NCBI GenBank assembly: GCA_043814255.1 | Contig: JBDRKD010000060.1 | Location: 1-43,027 of the forward strand | DNA length: 43,027 nt | DNA from: Candidatus Micrarchaeota archaeon | GTDB taxonomy: Archaea; Micrarchaeota; Micrarchaeia; Burarchaeales; JAKAKT01 | Direction of reading: 5' to 3' | In this document: positions 35,855-42,253 of the stretch, piece by piece | Layout of the letters: each line of letters opens with the position of its first letter | Position numbering within the stretch: position 1 is the stretch's first letter | Notes under the pieces: generated by a model | Database searches by the model: none | Told to the model about the DNA's origin: nothing | What the model saw: only the letters and a program-made list of their open reading frames with translations | Made by a program: the position numbers and the translations under genes

Positions 35855-37417
35855 TCACTTCTTAGTGGCAGTAAATGAAACTCTGAACATACTCCCAGAG
35901 AACTTGTAATCAACAGGAGTGCAGAACAAAGCCCATCCCAACTCCTTTTTATCAAAGCCCATACTCTCCAATTCCGAAATCTCTCGAGAAAAAGATACTC
36001 TGAATCCCGCCTGACTGCTTTCAGGGACCATCATCAAATCAATTACAATATCACTACGTGCCTTCTGTTTTATTCTTGCATAGGTTCCTTTTTCAATCAT
36101 TGGTTTCGCAAGTGATCTGACCAAAGCTTTCATGACAAAATTTTCCTGTCCAACTTCACTCCTCGAGATATGGATCCTTTTTGGGAAGATCATCTTTCCT
36201 TTAATCACGTTTTCAAGAACCATCTGAAGAGCTTCCTTGGTCTCTCCCAATTTCCTAATGATGTCTGATATCTTAATCAAAGTTTGAGTTCTGAGTAAAG
36301 GATGTGCCCCCATAAGCTTCATAACTCCATTTGGAACACCTACAGCGTTGTTTGTGTCTGGTCCTCCTCCACAATAAGCAAATCCTTGAGTATAATGAGA
36401 GGGAAAGACCTGCGCTTCTTCGGCAATTCTTGATGCCCATACTAATTGAGGTTCGATTTTTGTCTTAAGCCCGATTCTCCTTGCAAATTTTCTCAAGAAA
36501 GGAAAGTTCACAGGAGTCGTAATTTGTGTGTCGCAGGCAATTCCCAGATTCATATGTTGAGTATCTTCAGACTCATGCAAGGCTCTTGTAAATGAATATC
36601 CTTGTGAGAATATCTCTCCTTTGCCTTCGGCTGTCTCTGAACGGGCAACGAAGTGCTTGATTACCTCTGAGTTCAGGTAGCCATAGTCTGTCACCCTAAG
36701 CACCGCATCGCTTTTCAAAAGTGCATTGGTAGAATAAAGTGCTTTGATTCCATCAACAGGAAAAGTAACTCTCATCTTTTCAGGTTGACCATCCATGAAT
36801 CCTTTTATATCTGCGTAATACTCTACATCTGGAGGCAAATCAAAAAATTCTGCTCGATAAGCCTCTGCGTCAGGAACCCCAGGAATCTCTATCGGAATAA
36901 ACCATATCTCCCCAAGTTTATCCTCTCTTCTCGCAACAACTCTTGTCGCCAAATCATCAAACAGCTCGTGACAATAAACGTAGTCCGAGCTTCCTGCGGC
37001 AAAATCAGTCTTAAGAGCTAAAACATCGGCAACTCCAACTCGGACATTTGAATGAGAAGACAATGTTGCTCTTCCCTTCTCTAACAAAGCAGGAGATTTA
37101 TCCCAAGAATGATACGTAAGTCGTTCGTTCACATCAGGGGCAGTTTCTCTTACATTGTCCATGAAGTGTTTTGCAAACGTTCCATCAGCTGCTCCGAATT
37201 CATCTACTCTCAACGGACCTTCTCTTTTACGAGCAAAACTAACAAACTCATGAGCACTTGTCTGGCAAAAGCGTTTATCTTGAGAAGGAGTGGCAAATCC
37301 AAGTCTTCCCTCGGGCAGTCCATTTTTGGGATTCAAGCCAGCATAATACCTGCCGTTCATTCTATTTTGCAGTACATGGAGTGGAACAGCCTTGTGTCTA
37401 AGATTACTTTGGTTCAA
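35855..37417 (-). CDS. Large cytoplasmic protein, possibly a MidA/NDUFAF7-like (DUF185) SAM-dependent methyltransferase
   Basis: TTG start with GGTGGG SD (alternative ATG at 37360). GRYYAGL...GFATPSQ...VDEFGAADGTFAKHF...CHELFDDLA...LRVTDYGY parallels the MidA motifs GYY / GDF-T-P / ELGxGxGTL / NEL-DALP / iDYGY. A ~200-aa C-terminal extension is unassigned. Confidence 0.4.
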   Translation of the reverse strand: MNQSNLRHKAVPLHVLQNRMNGRYYAGLNPKNGLPEGRLGFATPSQDKRFCQTSAHEFVSFARKREGPLRVDEFGAADGTFAKHFMDNVRETAPDVNERLTYHSWDKSPALLEKGRATLSSHSNVRVGVADVLALKTDFAAGSSDYVYCHELFDDLATRVVARREDKLGEIWFIPIEIPGVPDAEAYRAEFFDLPPDVEYYADIKGFMDGQPEKMRVTFPVDGIKALYSTNALLKSDAVLRVTDYGYLNSEVIKHFVARSETAEGKGEIFSQGYSFTRALHESEDTQHMNLGIACDTQITTPVNFPFLRKFARRIGLKTKIEPQLVWASRIAEEAQVFPSHYTQGFAYCGGGPDTNNAVGVPNGVMKLMGAHPLLRTQTLIKISDIIRKLGETKEALQMVLENVIKGKMIFPKRIHISRSEVGQENFVMKALVRSLAKPMIEKGTYARIKQKARSDIVIDLMMVPESSQAGFRVSFSREISELESMGFDKKELGWALFCTPVDYKFSGSMFRVSFTATKK

Positions 37418-37490
37418 TAACCCACCAACAGAATAAGCATATTATTAGAGTGTTTTCTCCTTATAAAGTTTCGCATTATGTGGTATACCT

Positions 37491-37536
37491 AAACCTAAGT
37501 AGAAACCAATAAATACAGTGGAAATTATAGTTGAAG
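37491..37536 (+). promoter_or_regulatory. Copy 2 of the duplicated 46-bp promoter/leader element
   Basis: See 32761-32806. It ends 2 nt before ATG 37539. Confidence 0.6.
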
Positions 37537-37538
37537 GT

Positions 37539-37841
37539 ATGGCAAAAAAGACTAAAGAACCTTCGAAAGGTTTGAGAATTGAAAGAGTTGATGTATTAAG
37601 TGTAGCAAAGGTTTCTGGGGTTATTGGTTTAGGTATAGGGGTGATTATGGGAATGATTTGGGGGCTGCTTGCGGCAGTTTCTGGAAGTTGGGTTATAGCA
37701 GTGATAGCCTTTATTGGAGCACCACTTTTCTATGGTGTGATTATGTTTATCGGTGGAGCTTTCTATACTTGGATATATAATGTTACTGCAAAAAGAATAG
37801 GTGGGGTCAAAATGGATTGCACCGAGGTTAAAAGTGACTAA
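37539..37841 (+). CDS. Small membrane protein (2-3 TM)
   Basis: ATG 37539 (the track GTG 37518 lies inside the repeat). Basic N-terminus MAKKTKEPSKG followed by Gly-rich hydrophobic helices. Confidence 0.65.
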   Translation: MAKKTKEPSKGLRIERVDVLSVAKVSGVIGLGIGVIMGMIWGLLAAVSGSWVIAVIAFIGAPLFYGVIMFIGGAFYTWIYNVTAKRIGGVKMDCTEVKSD

Positions 37842-37858
37842 AAGAAATAGGTGTTGCT

Positions 37859-39070
37859 ATGAACACTCGCATAATCATCGCGGTTGTTCTGGTGCTTGGC
37901 TTTGGGCAGTTTGGGTGTACTCAGCCCGAAGTTACTTGCGGGAAACACAAACTAGGGGATAAGTGGCTTGCCGAGGATGGTTGTAATACATGCATTTGCG
38001 GAGAGAATGGAGAGGTAGCGTGTACTCTGATGGATTGTCTGGGCGACATTCAAAGATGTGAACAGCTAGCTACACAGTTGGAAAGGGATTCCTGCTATAC
38101 CGAACTTGCAATTTCAAAAAAGAACTCCTCCCTGTGTGGAAAGATTGAGGGAACTTCCGATATAACTAAAAGATACTATTGTTATGCAAATTCCGCCACT
38201 GAGGTTAGTGTTTGTGACTCTATAAATAATGATGATTACAGGCACTGGTGTTATGCAACAGCACAACAGTATTCTGGAGAGTGCATAAGAATACATGATG
38301 GGGGGATAAGGAATAAATGTTATGAGAGCTTTGGACAAATTGACAACTGCACCGAAGAAGGAGAAATCTATGCTGTTGTTCCAGATGCACTCCCATGCTG
38401 CGAAGGGTTAACACCAATAGATGCCTGCGGTCCTGATTCCGAAGGAAACTGCGGTGAGGCCTGTGCTGGTGCCGTCGTTTGCACAAAATGCGGTGATGGT
38501 ATCTGTAAGAAAGGTGAAAATAAATGTAACTGTCCTGAAGACTGTTTAAACGATACTGGTACAAACAGAGAAAGAATGAAAGAAAAATTAATGGAAAGAC
38601 AAGAGGAGATTTGGGATGGAGAATTTCCAAACGAGGAGTTTGAACTGGGAGAATGCAAAGGAAAAAATATCTTTCTAGGTGAAGGAGTAATCAATATTGT
38701 TGGATGGAACCAAGAAGTTGATTACTACAATTTTCTTGAGTGTCCTCAGGGAATTTCTTTGGAAGAATTAGCCGAATTAAGAAAAGAAGAAAGCGAAGAA
38801 TTAGGTGGAGTGATTCTAGACAAAAACGTTTCAATAGAAAAAGAAATTTTTGAGGAAAAAGAGATTTTAGTGAAAAGAATTGAAGTGGAAATAGTGGGGA
38901 TAGAACCTCATGAGAGAATGCACTACACCGACAGATATGAATACAGGTTCTACAACTGTGAGGGAATTGTATTGGAAGGAATTTCAAGAATCTTTGGAAA
39001 CGACGACTGGGAGCCAAGAAAACGATATTTTGTTGAAGTCTTTAATGAGATGATAAGCGTTTGCAAATAA
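37859..39070 (+). CDS. Cys-rich secreted lipoprotein with an acidic C-terminal domain
   Basis: AGGTG SD. MNTRIIIAVVLVLGFGQFGC signal. The same C-Y-x3-A...C-x2-I repeats as 32809..33444, plus CGDGICKKGENKCNCPEDC, the motif found in the 786-aa protein at 12624..14984. Confidence 0.75.
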   Translation: MNTRIIIAVVLVLGFGQFGCTQPEVTCGKHKLGDKWLAEDGCNTCICGENGEVACTLMDCLGDIQRCEQLATQLERDSCYTELAISKKNSSLCGKIEGTSDITKRYYCYANSATEVSVCDSINNDDYRHWCYATAQQYSGECIRIHDGGIRNKCYESFGQIDNCTEEGEIYAVVPDALPCCEGLTPIDACGPDSEGNCGEACAGAVVCTKCGDGICKKGENKCNCPEDCLNDTGTNRERMKEKLMERQEEIWDGEFPNEEFELGECKGKNIFLGEGVINIVGWNQEVDYYNFLECPQGISLEELAELRKEESEELGGVILDKNVSIEKEIFEEKEILVKRIEVEIVGIEPHERMHYTDRYEYRFYNCEGIVLEGISRIFGNDDWEPRKRYFVEVFNEMISVCK

Positions 39071-39099
39071 TCACTTTGAAAGACATAATTAGGTAGTTT

Positions 39100-39393
39100 T
39101 CAAAAAACATCCATGAAAGCCCTGCAAAAATGATTTTTGGCCCTCTCAAGACCGTTCCTCCCATCTCGCGTGAGCTCGTAAACAATCGTTTTTCCAGACG
39201 TCTTTTCCTTAATTAAGCCTGCCTTCTTTAGGGATTTTAATGCAGGATATATTGTTCCGGGACTGGGCTTATCTCCCTTTCTTTTACCTATCTCCTCAGC
39301 TATTTCCTGTCCGTGCATCGGTTTTTTGGATAATATGAATAGTATGAGGAACGAAAGCATGCCTCGCATATCACAACAATAATTCTCTCCCAT
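39100..39393 (-). CDS. PadR-family transcriptional regulator
   Basis: MRGMLSFLILFILSKKPMHGQEIAEEI...PSPGTIYPALKSLKKAGLI is the canonical PadR wHTH signature. Confidence 0.85.
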   Translation of the reverse strand: MGENYCCDMRGMLSFLILFILSKKPMHGQEIAEEIGKRKGDKPSPGTIYPALKSLKKAGLIKEKTSGKTIVYELTRDGRNGLERAKNHFCRAFMDVF

Positions 39394-39480
39394 AACATAT
39401 ATTGGGTGTCCGATATATTTATATCGTTTTTCATTCTAATGTATCGTATGCCCGATAGTAAGGGACGGAGGTGTGTCTGT

Positions 39481-39633
39481 ATGCATGGATGTTGTGGATC
39501 CGGATGTGGAACCGGACGAAGCTTCCTCACAAAGGAGGAAAAGATAGGGATGCTCAAGGAATATCAGGAATCGCTTGAAAATGAAGCAAAGGGAGTCGCA
39601 GAACGCATAAAGGAGCTTAAGAAGCAGAATTAG
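39481..39633 (+). CDS. DUF5320-like small Cys/Gly-rich coiled-coil protein
   Basis: GGAGGTG at 39467-39473, 7 nt before ATG 39481. MHGCCGSGCGTGRSF, then the coiled coil EEKIGMLKEYQESLENEAKGVAERIKELKK. Divergent from padR. The track's GTG 39406 start is unlikely. Confidence 0.55.
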   Translation: MHGCCGSGCGTGRSFLTKEEKIGMLKEYQESLENEAKGVAERIKELKKQN

Positions 39634-39659
39634 CTCCCCTTCTTTTTTATTTTTGTTTT
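39612..39659 (+). terminator. Hairpin plus T-tracts after the DUF5320-like gene
   Basis: ggagct (39612-39617) pairs with agctcc (39632-39637) and is followed by ttcttttttatttttgtttta. Confidence 0.45.
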
Positions 39660-40014
39660 ATACATCTATTTCTTCATCCAGTTCTTTCATGCTCTTATAC
39701 ACTTACCCACCCAATAATGAAGGGGGGAATGTTGGGTTTTATGGAGTAAATAATAATTAAACCGAAGTGTTGCCAGGACACATTTTCATCCCGAATTTTC
39801 GACGTATTTTTGCCCCCCAGATAACCTTATAAACTGATGTCCACATTATTATTCCAGAGGATATGACTGCCTCATAATGCGGGGTGGAGGAAGATACCTG
39901 CGGCCTATGGTTGTTGAAATTGCATTGCTTGTTTTCTGAATGTATTGCTGTAGGGAGCCGCCCCTAAAAACCATTTTGTGTATACCAAATGTCTAATTCG
40001 GGGAGGTAGCCATA

Positions 40015-40086
40015 ATGCCGTCTAAACCGAAGGAGGTGCCGAATATGGGAAAGAAGAAGAAACCGAAGGATGCACCAAAAGAGTAA
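40015..40086 (+). CDS. Micro-ORF 1: 23-aa highly basic peptide (MPSKPKEVPNMGKKKKPKDAPKE)
   Basis: GGGAGGT at 40001-40007, 7 nt before the ATG. An internal AAGGAGGTG lies 7 nt before a second in-frame ATG at 40045. A perfect 8-bp hairpin follows 12 nt after the stop. Confidence 0.4.
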   Translation: MPSKPKEVPNMGKKKKPKDAPKE

Positions 40087-40098
40087 GATAATCTTTTT

Positions 40099-40122
40099 AA
40101 GGGGGCTGTTTTTTGCCCCCTT
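40099..40122 (+). terminator. Perfect 8-bp G/C-rich hairpin (aagggggc-tgtttttt-gccccctt)
   Basis: Read directly. It lies between the two micro-ORFs. Confidence 0.5.
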
Positions 40123-40147
40123 TACGATATCAAAAGGAGGTGTTCAT

Positions 40148-40243
40148 ATGGGATTCATGGACGAGGATGGAGGGGAGGATTACAAATACCAGGGTGATTT
40201 TGAGGAAGAGGAGGAAACGAAGGAAGAAGAAGACGAAGAGTAA
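40148..40243 (+). CDS. Micro-ORF 2: 31-aa highly acidic peptide (MGFMDEDGGEDYKYQGDFEEEEETKEEEDEE)
   Basis: AAGGAGGTG at 40134-40142, 5 nt before the ATG. Followed by the hairpin ggggaa (40245-40250)/ttcccc (40263-40268) and a T-tract. Confidence 0.4.
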   Translation: MGFMDEDGGEDYKYQGDFEEEEETKEEEDEE

Positions 40244-40390
40244 TGGGGAATTCTTTAAGGTTTTCCCCCTCCCTTCTTTTTTGTAAAAATAGGTTCAAAG
40301 CTATGCTCCGTCGAAAAGCAGGAAAGGGAGGGGGGTTCAGGAGGAACCTCAAACTGAGGGGGGAACCGTAGGTGCCCCCTGCGGTTCGGC

Positions 40391-40403
40391 AAGCTAGGGG
40401 AGG
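40391..40403. repeat. Repeat block 1, copy C (AAGCTAGGGGAGG)
   Basis: Same 13 nt as the start of copies A and B. Block 2 is not adjacent here; it occurs inverted at 40505-40522. Confidence 0.7.
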
Positions 40404-40504
40404 AAGCTGAACAAGATGTTCAACTCCCTACATGGGATTAAATACCCTTCCTTCGAAATAAGAGCATGAAGGACAAGTTCTATTGGCGGGATTGGGACCA
40501 TCTG

Positions 40505-40522
40505 CCGTGTCGCTTTAACAAA
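40505..40522. repeat. Left 18-bp inverted repeat (ccgtgtcgctttaacaaa)
   Basis: Exact reverse complement of tttgttaaagcgacacgg at 42133-42150. Confidence 0.85.
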
Positions 40523-40557
40523 GTGGTCTAGGCTAGGGTAGGTCGGGCGAAAAGTGA

Positions 40558-41034
40558 TTATTTTTTTCTCAAACCGAGCAAGTGTTGGTATTGCCATTCT
40601 CGTTCTTTGGCTACGGCAGCATCGGCATCAGGGGTGATGGTGGCCCTATGGATTGCCTGTAAGGCATAATTTGCAGCGCCAATGGAATGAGTGGGGACAT
40701 GTGCAGTTGCCACTGCTTGACCGGCGGCACGGGCAGCAGAGCGAGCAGCATTATCCTCTCCCACTTCTCTGGCAGCGGCATGAGAATCAAGCGCAGCCTT
40801 GCGTATGTCGGCCATCCTAAATACACCCGTTCTTATCCAAGTATGTAAGGTCGTAATAGCATTTCGAGGGCGATGGTCTTTCGGATACTTTTCTTCAAAG
40901 TACGGCAGGACACGCTCGACACAATCAATTGCCCAGATGGCTAATGTTTTTTTGTCTGTTTTGTTCACGAGCTCTAGAATTGGCTCGACTTCGTATGCAA
41001 GTGAAAATTTGGATTTTTTCATTTTATTCGACAT
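40558..41034 (-). CDS. Helical protein resembling Imm-5-type putative immunity proteins
   Basis: The track start at 41145 is GTG; the first ATG is at 41034 with GAGGA upstream. AIWAIDCVERVLPYFEEKYPKDHRPRNAI...AAREVGEDNAARSAARAAGQAVATAHVPTHSIGAANYALQAI matches my recollection of the Imm-5-like family. Unverified. Confidence 0.45.
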   Translation of the reverse strand: MSNKMKKSKFSLAYEVEPILELVNKTDKKTLAIWAIDCVERVLPYFEEKYPKDHRPRNAITTLHTWIRTGVFRMADIRKAALDSHAAAREVGEDNAARSAARAAGQAVATAHVPTHSIGAANYALQAIHRATITPDADAAVAKEREWQYQHLLGLRKK

Positions 41035-41119
41035 TGCATCCTCAACAGTAAAGTTAACGAAGTTAGGGGTCTTAAGCCTTCCGTCGTGCAGAAAGAAAGA
41101 GTATAACGTTTTGGTTAAG

Positions 41120-41133
41120 GAGCTAGGGGAGGG
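41120..41133. repeat. Repeat block 1, copy D (GAGCTAGGGGAGGG)
   Basis: Lies in the 124-nt spacer between the Fic gene and the Imm-like gene. Confidence 0.6.
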
Positions 41134-41158
41134 AATGGTCACCACAGGTATCAGGTAC

Positions 41159-42040
41159 TCACTTGAACTCTTTTTCGATGAACCTTATGTAATTTTTTGT
41201 AAACCATCCCAAGAAAATGAATTGGTTTTTCTTTACCTGTGCTCGTTCTAATGAAGTGTAGTACCTGACTCTATTTCGGTATTCAATTATGAACATTGGG
41301 TAATCCTTTCTCCACAGTATCCAATTCATTATCAATCTCGATATCCGCCCATTGCCGTCCCCGAAAGGATGAATGGTAACAAACTTGAGATGTGCCAACC
41401 CTGCCAAATCCACGGCATCGTATCTGTCCCAGTTCTTATCCAACCACCTAAAAAACTCTTTCAGCATAGGATTTATCTCTACGGGGGATGGGGGCATAAA
41501 CTTCGAGCCAGATATCTTTACCTGGTAATCCCTAACCTTGCCTGCCACGTCTTTCTTAGTATCTTTGAAAATTCCATAATGCCACTTCAAGACTAAAGAA
41601 AGATTGAGATTCTTTAGCTCCAGCATTTCGTTAAAGACTTTGAAATGGTTCTCGGCTTCTTTAATGTCTTCTATTGGCTTATTATCCGGAGTCATTCCCC
41701 TCTCAATCACGGAGAATGTATCCTTTATAGATAGAGTACTGCCCTCTATCCTGTTCGTGTTGTATGTGAAACGGATACCGAACTCTTTCAGATTCTTTTT
41801 AATTACTGATTCGGGAATTCTTCTTTCGGCAGTTGTCCACTTCTTCTTTGTCTTCTCGACATGCTCATATCCTTTCCTATGTATCCTCCTAAAAAAATCG
41901 AGCATAACATATTCCAAATCTTTAGGCAGTCTATCCCCAAGATATCTCTCCACAGTCTTATGCTTTCCTTTAACTCTAATGTTATGTCTGAGGTAGTACA
42001 CAACTTTCCTGTTTATTGTTTTCTTTACCAGAGTGACCAT
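41159..42040 (-). CDS. Fic-domain protein (class II, with N-terminal inhibitory motif)
   Basis: Active-site motif HPFGDGNGRISR (HxFx[DE]GNGRxxR). Upstream TNRIEG matches the [ST]xxxE[GN] autoinhibitory helix. First ATG is at 42040 (the track's 42058 is GTG). An atatataaatctatatattt TATA-like region lies at 42061-42082. Confidence 0.88.
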   Translation of the reverse strand: MVTLVKKTINRKVVYYLRHNIRVKGKHKTVERYLGDRLPKDLEYVMLDFFRRIHRKGYEHVEKTKKKWTTAERRIPESVIKKNLKEFGIRFTYNTNRIEGSTLSIKDTFSVIERGMTPDNKPIEDIKEAENHFKVFNEMLELKNLNLSLVLKWHYGIFKDTKKDVAGKVRDYQVKISGSKFMPPSPVEINPMLKEFFRWLDKNWDRYDAVDLAGLAHLKFVTIHPFGDGNGRISRLIMNWILWRKDYPMFIIEYRNRVRYYTSLERAQVKKNQFIFLGWFTKNYIRFIEKEFK

Positions 42041-42108
42041 GCTAATCTTTACCCCCACAACATATATAAATCTATATATTTAGTCAATTGTAGGGGTATA
42101 ACATGAAG

Positions 42109-42158
42109 AAGCTAGGGGAGGGCACGTTATGTTTTGTTAAAGCGACACGGCTATTTAA
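42109..42158. repeat. Bipartite repeat, copy B (AAGCTAGGGGAGGGCACG-n11-TAAAGCGACACGG), including the right 18-bp inverted repeat
   Basis: See copy A. 42133-42150 is the inverted partner of 40505-40522. Confidence 0.8.
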
Positions 42159-42253
42159 CGATTGTGTTTAACGAGAAGGGGACGCTATTAGGGAGGATTT
42201 TACCCGATGCCAAAGGATTAAAAGTATCCGCCCTTAATGTTAGTCGGTGGGTT

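Noticed and set aside
39660-40014. Possible structured ncRNA upstream of the micro-ORFs
   Set aside because: I could find only short, non-compelling hairpins by eye. This cannot be supported without covariance or expression data.
40155-40352. 65-aa minus-strand ORF in the micro-ORF region
   Set aside because: Low-complexity Pro/Leu/Phe translation antisense to the GAG/GAA-rich micro-ORF 2, with no start context.
33489-42158. Whether the AAGCTAGGGGAGG / AAAGCGACACGG repeats form a CRISPR array, or are tRNA-derived att sites
   Set aside because: There are only four dispersed copies with irregular kb-scale spacing and mixed orientation, so this is not a CRISPR array. I could not fold any copy or its flank into a tRNA cloverleaf, and I saw no GTTCGAATC-like T-arm. 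The att-site idea remains open but unsupported.
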